A stretch of 64,000 bases of DNA from Octopus sinensis (GCF_006345805.1 NC_042999.1:172856001-172920000), one strand, 5' to 3'; counted from the stretch's first letter, positions 38,535 to 52,335 are shown. Translations and numbers: made by a program. The notes: a model not told the origin generated them from the letters alone.

Positions 38535-38952
38535 TATTTCTTTATTGCACACAAAGGGCTAAACATAGAGAGGACAAACAAGGACAGACAAACGGATTAA
38601 GCTGATTATATCTACCCCAGTGCGTAACTGGTACTTATTTAATCGACGCCGAACGGATGAAAAGCAAAGTCGACCTCGGCGGAATTTGAACTCAGAACGT
38701 AGAGACAGACGAAATACCTATTCCTTTACTACCCACAAGGGGCTAAACACAGAGAGGACAAACAAGGACAGACAAACAGATTAAGTCAAGTATATGGGCC
38801 CCAATGCGTAACTGGTACTTATTTAATCGGCCCCGAAAGGATGAAAGGCAACGTCAACTTCGGCGGAATTTGAACTCAGAACGTAGAGACAGACGAAATA
38901 CCGCTAAGCATTTCGCCCAGCGTGATAACGTTTTTGCCAGCTCGCTGCCTTA
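38535..38952 (-). mobile_element. SINE family A, dimeric
   Basis: Two body units; perfect 17-bp TSD caagggacaacggttct at 38518-38534 and 38953-38969. Confidence 0.92.
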
Positions 38953-39194
38953 CAAGGGACAACGGTTCTGTGGTTAAGTGTCGAATGGAAGCGCAAACCT
39001 CTCCCACAAGCCAAAGTATGAAACTGAAATATATGTGTGTGTGTGTGTGAATGTGTGTGTGTGTGCGCGTGCGTGCCGGTGTGTTTGTGAGTGTACATGT
39101 GTACATGTGTTCCCTACATTCTCTTTTCGAAAAGGGAGTTATTTATATGATTATATTTTGGGGAGGGAATTTATCAATAAATCATAGACTTTAA

Positions 39195-39340
39195 AATTTT
39201 GTAGGGCTATTGTTTTGGGGAAGAAGAGAAGAGGAAAAAAGGGGATGTGGCTAATTCCGATCAAAAGGGATCGTGAAAAAAATGGGAGGATTCCGATCAA
39301 AAATGATCGTGAAAAAAAAGTGGGATCAATAGGGATCGTG
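39195..39340 (-). mobile_element. Fragment related to the Tx1-like LINE 3' UTR, next to (GATA)n
   Basis: cgatcaaaagggatcgtgaaaa motif (repeated here) is shared with 49882-49903; gatcaataggga is shared with 49968-49979. Confidence 0.55.
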
Positions 39341-39392
<52 letters not shown>

Positions 39393-42385
39393 CAGATAGA
39401 TGCTAGACTGAAGTCAATCAAGATTTGATACTAGCAACTTCTTTTGACACATCCAACATTGATGGTATTCTAGAGTAATGAAGTTTGTATCTAAATAAAG
39501 CAATGATTTATATAAAATGGGGAATGGAAACAAGCACCTTTATTCGTATAATTGCTTAGAATTCAGTAAGATCTTCACACGATGTATATTCAACAATATT
39601 GCATTAAAAGCTAGACTAAGTGACAAAATTTCAAATGTAAATCAGTAAATATTGCCGAATCGCGTCAAAGAACAAATTTTATTCGAACATAAAAAGAGAT
39701 GTCTGTATCAGCTACCAGTTAATTTGAGGGAAACTTAAATAAATTGTCAAATCACACGTGAAACTAAAATAATATAGTAACTTAAGAATCTGTACTAGAC
39801 GTAATTCACTTTCATTTTATTTGTTGTTGTTGTTATTATTATTATTACACTTATTATTGTTGTTGTTGTTGTTATTATTATTATTTTATTTTTTTCGTTC
39901 GGATTTAGTTATTCTAACGAGAATTTAAAGTTTCGTTTTAGCATTACATTAACAGCTAAATTTGCCGAACCTTTGAATGTTATATATATTTATTGTATCG
40001 TAATCAAATTATACGCTGGCAAATGTCATAAATCTACTTTGTTTTGTAGCAAACCAAAAGATATTGAAAACCTAATGAAAAGGATATTCAAATTTTCTCA
40101 TAGAAATGGAAATTCTCCGTGTATTTCGCTGTTATTGATTACAAAACTTCATTCGTTAACTTTTCTAACCCAACTGACTTTTTTGATATAAACACCAATT
40201 TCCATCACAAGAAGTGCATTAGAACAATGTAATACACAGTAACCGTTTCGAATCTCGGTATAGTTTTACTGCCTAACAATAAGAAAATCTGTTTTCTTCA
40301 ATTGTATTTCAAATGAAACTAAACACTTATTGATTAACATATTCTTTCGAAGCTATTTTCCTGCCTGTTACACGTGATTGATGAAGTAGCACTAGAAACA
40401 GGAAAATATATCTGAATAATTTTAAGGCTACTCTAATTAGAAAAAATATGAATATTACAAGATGTGTTAAACGATATTATAGTTTCAGAAAAAGATTACT
40501 GTTCTTCATAAATGTTGTCACAATAACAAAGTGATTGAACAGATAGTATGGTACTTTTGGAGGAGTAATTATGTTTTAGGTCTATAGCTACAATTAAAAT
40601 GCCTGGTACTGTTCGAATCAATGACACTAGAACATGCTCAGTTAAAATAAAAGGTAATTATGAAAAACAGTCAGCGCAACATACACTGATATACGTTTTG
40701 ATTTTAGAATATAATTATCGTAGGCAGATTCTTTTCTTTTCTTCTTGCATCATTGTTATTCAACCTCTTCTGACCAAATTGCACAAATATAAAACTAAGT
40801 AGTATGGAGAGTGAAATGATGATGTGACACCTGTCTCCATTGTTGAAACTTTATATTTCCCGAAATATTTTGTCTTCTAGCAAAGATCAGTTGTTACTTG
40901 AAATATTTATTTTTATATCCGCATGACAAGACTATTATCTTTTGAGTACTCATACTATATACATAGTTTTATTTTTTGTCTGTCAGCATTAGCAGATGTT
41001 ATGAAAAATTCGAAAAGAAAATATGCGAATAATTATTATAAATACCTACAAGTGGTATGAATTATTTTCCTTCACTTTTGTTGTTGTTATTGTTAGGTAA
41101 AATTGTTATGCTCTTGATATTATTCAGCCCAACGTCAACCATAATTGAGCAGGTATACATTGAAACGCACTCTGGTGATTTCCGTCCCATTATTTTGAGT
41201 GTTAATATGTTAGTAGTGCAGTCAGTCGTAATCGTGGAACACAGAGTGCAAAATAGAGTGTATCTGCGTATGTATTTGGGCATGTACACAGGAATATATA
41301 TATGGGAGAAGCTGTGTGTGTCTCTGAGCCAACGAATACTGAAGGTCGGATTATAAAATTTCACATGTGCAGCCTAACATGAGGAACAAAATAAACAGCC
41401 GACGCATCAAATACCACTCATAGCAGACACGCAAAAGTACGTTAACAGCAAATGGAATGAAACTACCGGCGTCTACTGAATTCAAACAAGGCAGATGGAT
41501 GTGTTAGCACCGAAGTCGAAGGGCTTGTAACTAACGGGGAAAGCAATTGAATCACCTGAAGAAATACAACTGAATCCCACTATACACGTAAACCGTTCCA
41601 TAATCAAATTCCCCTCTATATATAGAGCTATGTTGTATGGAAACACGTATCATGATTGAAAAATTACTCTCCCACAGTACTCCTTCTTGTTGACTTTATC
41701 TTATTCAATATATATATTCATATATTGATCCCATATCACGTCTCATATACCAGTGTTGTTATCGGAGCCATTCCATCATTTTGTTTTGTAGGAACTGTAT
41801 ACTCCAATATGCCCTGCTAAATAGTGAGAGCTTGCGTTTCCATAAAAATGTACCTGCTATATCTTGGAACTCCATACAGAACTTAGACCTCCCATTTTCA
41901 GACAACAATTTATAATTTTATCGACTTGATGATGTCAATCTTGTCGATAACTTATATTCTATTTTATAGCTGTCCTGACATCTTAAGTGTTACTCTCATT
42001 GTTCTTTATCCTATCAAACACACCAATTGGACTTTCAGTGGTTAATGGACTTTGTAGACACAGCTCCAAAGAATCACATACAGGCACACACACACATTTT
42101 CACAAACGCACACTAGCAAACATACATGGGTAGAGAGAAGAAGGAAACCGGAAAGATAGAGTGGCATGACAATGGATTCCATTGGATGGAATAATAGACA
42201 TTAAATATTCGTTTCTAGGAAGACATATACGCATATAAGTATATTTGGATGCAGCTATATTTATATCTATACACACATACATATATGTATACAAACATGT
42301 ACGTACATATATATATATATATGTATAATTATAGATAAATATGCATATACACATCCTTCTATAGGTAAACATACATGTATATATA

Positions 42386-42432
<47 letters not shown>

Positions 42433-42550
42433 CTTGCATGGGCTTCTTTCCAAGGCTTGTATTCGCATTCATTCATTATACCCGTAAACGAGATTTAGCC
42501 AATGATCTAGACGCCATATTCTTCTATATATGCTGTGACATGCCCGCGCC

Positions 42551-42601
<51 letters not shown>

Positions 42602-43317
42602 TTTGTATGCATGTAGTTTGAGTACATATTTGTTTGTATGTATATGTGTTTGTATATTTGTGTCTCTGTACGTGCGTGCGTGTGAGTATACAGAATTATC
42701 TTCTTCCAAAACTATACCGGTTATTCAACCATTTAGTAAGAGGTATATTATTTATCTTTTTTCTATGATATTTTCCAATTTATACTTGCTTATCCGCAAT
42801 TGATTTTATATTGTCCTTGTGATTTTTTTCTTGAACTCCTTTAGTTTGTAAACATTCCAGAAAAATGTTTTAATGAGGAAGGCAATTTGAATATAACATT
42901 TCTTTGCAGTTTGAAGTATTCCTTTTTCTTTTTCGTGTCTTTCGTATATCTTTTTTGTGTATTGTATGTATGTATAAATCACGTTTATACATTTGTGTTA
43001 GCGAGTGATTGATATATATTGATTTCGCTTCAATTGAATTCTTTAGAAGATATACGTACATATCCTAATGATGTTTATTTGTTTTATACTCAATTCAAAC
43101 GTTGTATAGGAATGTATGTGCATCGTTTGTTTGTGAAAATTATATATTATAAACAGACCCCCAAAACTATCTAATATATTGTTGTCACAATATTGTATTA
43201 TATATTTATGTATTAATTTATTGACGCACAGTTTCATCTTAAACAATCTTGTACATTCACATATTCACGGACACTATACAAAAATACTCTTTCATTTGAA
43301 TACAGATAAACACACAG

Positions 43318-43353
<36 letters not shown>

Positions 43354-43553
43354 ACATATGTATGTATGCATGTATGCATGAATGTAGGTAGAAATGTATG
43401 TATGCCTATGTTTCCAAACAAAAAAAGAGCACTTGAAATGTTATTTAGAGAATATATATGATGGTACATTTTCAACTGACAACATACCTATAAAAGCATA
43501 CGCATATAGATGCACGTGTAGGGACGTGCGCATGTAGATGCATATATACATAG

Positions 43554-43592
<39 letters not shown>

Positions 43593-43642
43593 TATGCATA
43601 CATATATTTTACATATATGTATATATATATTTTACATATATG

Positions 43643-43686
<44 letters not shown>

Positions 43687-43802
43687 ATATAAATACATAC
43701 ATATTTATAATATATTAGGGGATGACAAGTATTCTAGGTTATCAGGAAGTTTACTAATTTACACTTTTCTAATGAGATGTAAAATGTATGTTTTATAATA
43801 TT

Positions 43803-44932
43803 ATTATTACAAATTTGAGATATTTACCAATAGATAAGCAACTCCAACTTCAGGATAACCTCATGGTGTGGTATACGCAGAGAAAATTAAATCAAATCAA
43901 ATAATTAAAATGGCTTAAAATAAAATTAGTTAAATAAATATATTATACCTGTTATTAATATGTGGGGAAAGAAGTTAGTACAAGTACTTGCTACATGTGC
44001 TTCCGCGCTGATGGGGTGTGTATTAAGGCTAGACTTAATACATAAATACACCAGTGCGTCTTCATGCTACGTATATTATTATTATGTACGGGTAAATGTT
44101 TAAAATTAAAAGTTAAAAAAATATACTAAAAATAAAAATTAAATATATTTAAAAATATTAAATATAATTACCATATATATATGCTCTACCTAAGGAAATT
44201 CTAACGATTAAATTAGAAACATATTAAATCTTATAATATATCTAAATAAATATTATAGAAATTATATTACTTGTAATATTTTAGTGTAAATTATACCCCT
44301 TTCCATACTAGTATAATAAAACATATTTTATTTTGAATGAGAGCTAATAGTCTAGAATAAAGATTAATTAGTAAATACAACTGCTTACGTTAGAAACTTA
44401 GTGAATAAAAGAAGTAAAAAATACTCTGAAAATAATATTATTATAAGAGAGGTTGAAGTCAAGGGCAGATAATAACTAGAAATGGGGCTATTATCGTAAA
44501 GCTAGATATGGATGGAGTTTTAAAGTGTTGTAGATTTTGAGATTTATGTTACATAAATGCGGCTCGACTACTCATTCAAAGGTAATATTGTCCAATAAAT
44601 ACTCAGTTCCTTGCATATACGTACACAATACTAGCACAAATACTATTAAAACTTACAGCAACTATACTCATCATAACTGTGTGGAGATGACATGCTGTTT
44701 TCTTTTATATTATATATTTTTCATTTTGTTATACGTAAAGCTATTCCTATGTTGGCATTTCCTTCATCTCTCTTCATTAGTGTTTGATAATAACTCTCTC
44801 GACTGGAGTATTTTCATAAACTCTGTTGTATATAATAAGCACGTTTTGTTATCTATTTTATGTGAGTTCGCTCTACAAATAAGATACCAATTAAAGGTGT
44901 ATTCTATTTTATTAGATTTTAACTCACACACA
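43803..44932 (-). mobile_element. Penelope-like element 3' remnant (GIY-YIG C-terminus, degenerate hammerhead, terminal repeat)
   Basis: Minus translation of 44930-44780: CELKSNKIEYTFNWYLICRANSHKIDNKTCLLYTTEFMKIL..LLSN, parallel to the 20600-20750 GIY-YIG tail; hammerhead-like motif at 44069-43988. Confidence 0.7.
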
Positions 44933-44946
44933 TAATAATAATAATA

Positions 44947-44979
<33 letters not shown>

Positions 44980-44981
<2 letters not shown>

Positions 44982-45511
44982 GCCCTGATGCAGTACCAGG
45001 CAGTGGCTCTCATGGCTTCTGATCTTAACTGATTGGAAGTGTTATCATGTACATTGTTTTGCCTTGGTATAAAAGATGGGCTACAGCAAATATTCTGCTC
45101 AATACCACAGATTTGCTTATCAGTTGTTTGACCTTAACCAGTTGAGCATGTCCCTTAGTGGCTGACGATAGGTGCATCTCTGATCACGAGCAGAAGTAGT
45201 GGGGAAGCATCATAACCATGTGTTGAGAAGGATTCTGGAAACATGGGTGTTTCGTTCAACGTCCTTAAACAACCCTTATTCAGGGACCTTTTGAGCGGGA
45301 TGGGTTACTCGATCTGAAGAAAATTCTAACTGGGCTCCACCTGCAAGGTCATGTGCTGTTTATCTTGATATGAAATCACCATGTCGCGCACATATGGTTG
45401 TGATGCATGTGCCTGGTGTACCCTTATCAGACGGGTAGTCACGATGGGTATACTGGGCTTCGTATATTTTACCCCTGTGTCACTTTGATGGCATGCTCTG
45501 CTCGCTCACTC
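44980..45511 (+). mobile_element. (AAT)n-associated non-coding element, longest copy (~530 bp)
   Basis: Flanked on both sides by (AAT)n; two further 3'-anchored copies in the window; no ORF. Confidence 0.88.
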
Positions 45512-45540
45512 AATAATAATAATAATAATAATAATAATAA

Positions 45541-45870
45541 TTGTGTACAGTGCTTCGGTGCACTACAACTCATCTAAAGTGTATATATAATCAGGTGTAG
45601 TATCGGCGGATTTCGGAAAGCATGAGGGCCTTAAAGGATGCAGTGTCATGGCAGTCAGCAACTGACGCAGGCAGTTTATTCCATGCTTCAGCAATTCTGA
45701 GCGTGAAAAAAAGTTTCCGAAAGTCATGGGAGCTGTGTTGTTTTCTGACTTTGTAGGCATGTCCACGTGTGTTAGACACATGGAGATCGAAAAGGTGTTC
45801 AGTGTTGTTGTTGGTGAGGTGGTTGATAACTTTTTGGGTGTTTACCAAGTCCGTCGCCAGACGCCAGAGC
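45541..45870 (-). mobile_element. CR1-clade LINE 3' end
   Basis: RLATDLVNTQKVINHL..LFDLHVSNTRGHAYKV..RKLFFTLRIAEAWNKLPASV..SFK (CR1 TRGH and WNxLP motifs); short 3' UTR ending in (ATT)n. Confidence 0.9.
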
Positions 45871-46092
45871 TTATTTACTTAGACCTGTAAAATTTTTTTA
45901 TTTCGGATTTTTGAAAGACTGGTAATGCTCGGAAATACTTCTTTTAATTTCGTTCGCTGTGGATCCAATATATTCTTTATTATTAATATTGTTATTATTA
46001 CTATTAGAGGTTACTATACATTTATAAAATACGTTATCTAGATTACAAATATTTTTAAGCCTACGTTTGGATTTGTCTTTACATATGCTCAG

Positions 46093-46245
46093 ATTAATAA
46101 CAGGTAAGTTATATTTAACTAATTTTATTTTATGTTAATTTAATCATCTTATTTGATTTAATTTTCTCTGCGTATACCATACCATGAGGTTATCCTGAAA
46201 TAGGAGTTGCTTATCTATTGGTAAATATCTCAAATTTGTAATAAT
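46093..46245 (+). repeat. Inverted copy of 43803-43959 (Penelope-like inverted terminal repeat)
   Basis: tttctctgcgtataccataccatgaggttatcctgaa..gagttgcttatctattggtaaatatctcaaatttgtaata is the reverse-complement match. Confidence 0.9.
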
Positions 46246-46254
46246 ATACATCCA

Positions 46255-46313
<59 letters not shown>

Positions 46314-47024
46314 CATGCCACTAGGCAATGAAATGTGCGTAATCAAATGTGCGACCTTGTTGATATATTTGAAACAGTTTTTAATAACGAGTCCTTGTTT
46401 TTCTCGGGGTGTCGCCATTGGTGTTATTCTTAATATATTTCCTTTCAATTGTACACTCCTCTTTCAGGGTTTCATTTTTTTGTTATATGCGAAATTTAAA
46501 TCCGGCTTCTTATTTGCGTCTGCAGTCGAAAAATGTTTTGGTGTTGAATCTCTTATGTCTATATGCTTTCTAGGTACATCCACATTTAAGTTTATTTCTG
46601 ATTTTCTTTTACCATTTATTGAACAACATTCTTACTTTGAACTTCGATTTGTTAGTGTTCTGCGTCCCTACTTAGTACTCCGCAGTGACGCAGTGATATA
46701 TTCTCCAGGGCGTGGTATAATAGGTATAATTCTCATTGTGAATATTAAATGCTATCTGCTCCCCCATCTTCCATGTGTGTGCTTGTGTGTATTTGTGTGT
46801 GTGTGCGCGTGCCTGTGTGCGTTCGAATATGTGTCTGTGTGTATGGTGTAACAACGTTGAAATTCTTAGTACTCCGTCCTCTAAAAGAGGCAGCAGTCCA
46901 CACCAAAAACTGGAAAAAACTGCCTTTCACGAGCCCGAAATCAATTCTGTTGTCAGAAAGGCATTTTTAACGGCACTAACAAACTATCATCGATGACTTT
47001 TTTCAAACACTGAGAGGACAATAT

Positions 47025-47075
47025 ACATATGTATGTGTGTGTAGGTATGTATGTATATACACACATATATATATG

Positions 47076-47132
<57 letters not shown>

Positions 47133-47379
47133 GTATATATGAATATATGTATATACGTATATATGAATATATGTATATACGTATATATGAATATATGTAT
47201 ATACATATATATGAATATATATGTATATACATATATATGAATATATATGTATATACATATATATGAATATATATGTATATACATATATATGAATATATAT
47301 GTATATACATATATATGTATATATATATATATGTATATACATATGTATGTATATATATTCATACATATATACATGTATA

Positions 47380-47432
<53 letters not shown>
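47025..47432. repeat. (TA)n array containing a 24-26-bp higher-order unit
   Basis: About seven copies of atatatgaatatat(at)gtatatac at 47131-47310. Confidence 0.9.
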
Positions 47433-48838
47433 AAGAGGGACAGAGGCAGACAGAGTTTACTCCATAATCGTATTAAAGTATCAAATACTGTAATTTATCT
47501 CATGTAAAATCATATGTGTGTGTGTGTACAGATACATACATACATATGTCTGAGTACGGCTACTTTGTAGGCAGCTGTAGAATTGTTCTTATGACTGAGG
47601 CCCACAAGAGAACCAAATTTTAGGCTAGGTTTTGCCGGCCAATTTGAGAAATAGCCAAACTATGTTTACAGGAACTTTTAAAGCATTTTCTGATTAATTG
47701 GTTGTAAGTACTATTCTTACAAATGATAGGTCAGTGACTCGAGGCTCAATCTTGATTTTCCATGACCATAAATTTTGAAAAAGAAGCGAGTAATGTCTCA
47801 TGCCATATTTATGCAAGTTTCCGGTTGACACACGTCTAAATGGTGAAGTTTGTGTGCCCTTCTTCACCCCACTCAGCACACGAGTTTTCTCTCTAGCCCG
47901 ATTTCAAGGGAGTTGCTGCACATGAAGGTAATTAAAATGTATGAACTATGCATAGAATTGTACTGACTTTTAGTATAATCTTTAGGATTGTGACTAAGCC
48001 TCATCTGTGCGAAGGAGCTTCAGAGACAAGAACTCGAGATCGCATTGAATTCACGTATGTGCCTAAGTCATTTTGGAAGGTTATCCCTACATATTTTCTA
48101 TAGACACTATAGAGAAAGCACAAGCAGTTACAATTTGTTTTCTATACGAATTCATCTATGTAAACAATATGGTATAAGATTCAAAATAGGTAATGGGTGT
48201 CTCTACATATTTCAGAAGATTTTGCTCCTTCTTTACCACCACATCCAACCCATAAACGATTTCAGGAACACATTGCTTAAATGACCAGCAAATATAGCGG
48301 TGTAAAGCAATTGGATGCACAAATTTAAAATATTAAACATATTCATGATAATATGCACGTACCACTTGAGGTCAAATGTATTTAATATGTAAAATTGGTG
48401 TATTCAATTGTTTTACAGCGCAGTATTTCGTAGCTATTTAAGCAATGTGTTCGTGAATGATTAACGGATGGAATATGAGACTGAAGAAGGAGCAAGTACT
48501 TCTGAAATATGTATATACGCTCATTACCCATTTTTCTTTCTGCGATCACTGTGTTTTCATGGACGTATTCGTTATAGAAACGTTGAAATTTCCAGAGCTG
48601 GTGCTAATTTCTGTAGAAAATTTGTAGGAATAACATTAAAAAGGAGTTGAATTGCTCTGTTAACACAGAAGAGACACGGTATTGATTTATAAGCCTTTCA
48701 TATATTTGGTAGTACTTTATGTCTGTGTAGTGAAAACCGGTGTCCTCACTCGCAATTAATATGTGAATAAGTGTGCCAGTGTGTATGTGCGTGTGAAATT
48801 ATTTACGCAAGCACAATGTTACACACACACACACACAT

Positions 48839-48900
<62 letters not shown>

Positions 48901-49785
48901 GGGTGTGTGTTTCTGCTTTTTTAAAAGCCGTGGGAAATTTGCCATTCCAAATACCGACTATGAAGAAACAGAAGTGTTTCACGGACCAGGTGACAATTGC
49001 GAGGCGAAACATTTAACACTTTGAAAGATAAATGAAAACTGAAAATAAATTATTTCTATATGCCTACGCACACACAAACACATACATAAATAGCGATATT
49101 TCTTGAGATTTATGCATTCGTTTTACGTGTGTGTGTTTGTGTTTCTTCGTATAGCGACAACCTCATTAGTGAGACGTCATAGCCTTTAGGGTAGGGAGTA
49201 ATAACGATGTGCGCATCAGCCATTATTTCAAATATCCAATTTAAATTTGTATAATGAATATATTTTTTCATCATGTTTTGCTTTGAGCTCTTTGTCAGCC
49301 TTTTTTATTCGCAACCCATTATTTCTCCTCATTTTGTGTATTATCATTGTTTTTCTCTCTTTCTCAGTTTGCAAACACGATTATATACAGGGGTCGGCAT
49401 CAATGTGTTCGACATAATATTTACCACTCATTTATCTTTACAACCAGATATGAATTAACCTCCTCCCTAGTGTTCCTTATATTCAGGGTCATGTTCTAAT
49501 TGCTTTATTCCAATCCTACAATACTGCTTTTAGATTTTATGGAAGTATTTAAGGCAAGCCAATTCTTGGGTATTTCTGTGAAGCAATATTCTTTCAAAAA
49601 AACAAATTAGGATGTATTCACAATTATATTATATGAAAGACTACTTCAATCTCAAACAGCCAGGCGACTACCTCCAATACTAATAATTGATAATACACTG
49701 TTTCGCTTTATATCGATAGTGACAGCTAGCATATCTATGCATAGATATAGATATGTGACAGCTGACATATCTATGGCATAGACAT

Positions 49786-50440
49786 ATGTTTCTTTATTAG
49801 CCACACAGGGCTGCACACAGACGGGACGAATTACAAGGTAGGGCTTTTCTTTTGGGAATAGAAAGAAAGGTGGTTGGTTTTCGATCAAAAGGGATCGTGA
49901 AAAGAAAGAGGAAAGGAAAAGCAAAAAAATGGGGAGTGGTTAAAAATATAAGGAAAAAGAAAAAATTGATCAATAGGGAAGGTTATCACAGAAATCTCAA
50001 TATAAAGTGTAAAGGGGAAGACAGGTGAGGTTTACCCGTGGAAAGAAAAGCCAAACGGAAAAGACCACGGTAACCTCGGTCAATGAAATCACATGTTACA
50101 TAATTTTTTTTACAAATAAGTAACTCTCTGTATTAAATTTTTACCGTTCATAGGATCATGCTCAAGGTGGCTTCGTCATTCATACGTGCCATCCTTGCTA
50201 TATTCACCCATCTTTTTTTAAAACATTCGCTAGACAAAACTTGCCTCTCTACTCTCACTTTCTTCTTCAAGTGATACTTGAAGAAGTTGATGAGAGATTG
50301 ACCAAAGTGGAAAGTGTTTGTCTCTAATCCTTTCAGGCGCGTCCACCAGATACATTCTTTCGCCATAGTCACAAGTATGATAAAAAATAGCTCTTCCTTC
50401 CCGTTTGAAGGAAGGACATAGATATGTGCGATAGATTCTG
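49786..50440 (-). mobile_element. Tx1-like LINE, 5'-truncated 3' end
   Basis: C-terminus MAKECIWWTRLKGL..GQSLINFFKYHLKKKVRVERQVLSSECFKKRWVN.. (L1/Tx1-type K..IW..R and F...W pattern); 3' UTR ends gccctgtgtggctaataaagaaac. Confidence 0.75.
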
Positions 50441-51000
50441 GGAGTCTGTTTTATTGTTGTGCGTAGAATGTAGAGCAATTGTATACTTATAGATATTCCT
50501 GAGATGATTCTGAAAGTGTTGTGAACCTGAAAGGGAAAAACAACAGCCTTTGTTTCTGAATCAGCATCAAATGTGGAGAGTCTCAAGTAGTCTTTAAATT
50601 ATTGTCTATGTGAAAATACATTTGGAACATTAGGCAGTGATTTGTACCAAGACGCTGTGAGAACTACTATGTGTTTACGTGCGTGCCCTTGAGTATGTGT
50701 GTGTGTGTGCGTGGGAGGTTCTATGTGTGGATGGTTAAGCAAGTGAGGAGTACATGCCTGCGTTTTACAATGAAAACTATTTCAGTTATATAATATGTAA
50801 TATGTAATTGCTGAAAATATTAGAATGACTCAAGCTTCATAAACTCTCAAATGGAGAACAGAATCTTGAAATCATTCAGTAAGTTGAATGAAAGAAACTT
50901 CAAAGAATCCTCCTAGCTTGATCCAGTGATTTGGCGAGAACAGCAAAATGACGTCTGGTCTGCTTACAAACTCTGTCTCGGCTTGTCTGTTTACCCATCC

Positions 51001-51096
<96 letters not shown>

Positions 51097-51137
51097 GTTT
51101 ATCTCTCTCCCCCCTCTCTCTCTTTCTCTCTCTCTCT
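51001..51137. repeat. (ATCT)n plus (CT)n microsatellite
   Basis: Directly visible. Confidence 0.97.
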
Positions 51138-52129
51138 TTATAAATATATAAATATATATATATCTGTCTGCCTTCTGTCTGACTATCTGCCTGTCTCTGT
51201 TTCGTTTCGAATTTCTGTTTCCATACACTCTCTTTCCATCTATTTATCTTTCTATTCATCTGTCATCCTCTTTCTTTATCACTATCTACGCTAAGCAAAT
51301 TAGTTGTTCCAGTTGTCTGTAACTACTGGATAACTTGAACATATAAACGCAATAGTTACTTTTTACTATGTGATTGGTCAGTTGGTGTAGACATCTCTGA
51401 TTAGATTCAAAAGTCGATTGAGATAAGTCATCAGTTTTTTTCAATCTGTGCTGCATAAGCTGCAATGAATGTGTACGTGTGTATGTATTATATGTGCACA
51501 TATGTGTATATGTATACATGACATTGGCCACAATGAGCTATGTCTAAGTCCCTGGTATACTAGAGATAATGTTGGACAACAGTCATACTAATGACACCTA
51601 TTGGGGCAGAAACACGCGTCCATGACAGTTCTCCTATATCCAGACATTATGTCTCTGATGTTACATAATGTTGTTACATAATGTGCCAACATTAGAGATA
51701 TATTGATATTTGAGACGGCATCTCCTCGTTTGGCATTTATTTTTATTGCAGTGTGTGATAATCTCACATCTAAGTGCAGAGATGATGTCAATAAATTAAG
51801 AATTTATGGTGCATCACATTCGGCATACAGATATCCGTCTATGTATGTGTATATATATATATATATATCACCCGAAATGTATAGTATCAAATATCTATCA
51901 TAGCTGGTCTTACCAATCAGTCTCGCTTAATGAATACAATGGAATTCTGAGTAACAAACCGATCATATAGCTTTATGCACATCAGAGTTAGCCGATATAG
52001 TAGGGAATTCGGTAAGTTTAACCGTGGTGGATACTTAATACTATACATTCCGGATAATATGCCCATTCTACTGACAGAACTACGAGTGTACCTTTCCCTG
52101 ATTTATGGTCTCTTAGACGACCCATGCAT

Positions 52130-52134
52130 GTATT

Positions 52135-52185
<51 letters not shown>

Positions 52186-52296
52186 ATGTGTGTGAATATG
52201 TGTGTGTGTGTGTGAATATGTGTGTGTGTGTGTGAATATATATGTGTGTGTGTGTGTGTGAATATATATGTGTGTGTGTGTGAATATATATATGTG

Positions 52297-52335
<39 letters not shown>

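Noticed and set aside
46315-46851. 178-aa hydrophobic ORF
   Set aside because: T-rich low-complexity composition ending in (TG)n; no recognisable domain.
47131-47310. Regular 24-26-bp repeats resembling a CRISPR array
   Set aside because: No unique spacers, derived from (TA)n, eukaryotic context, no cas genes.
47690-48290. Possible hAT/Buster transposase remnant
   Set aside because: Only vague similarity across many stops and frameshifts; not supportable without a search.
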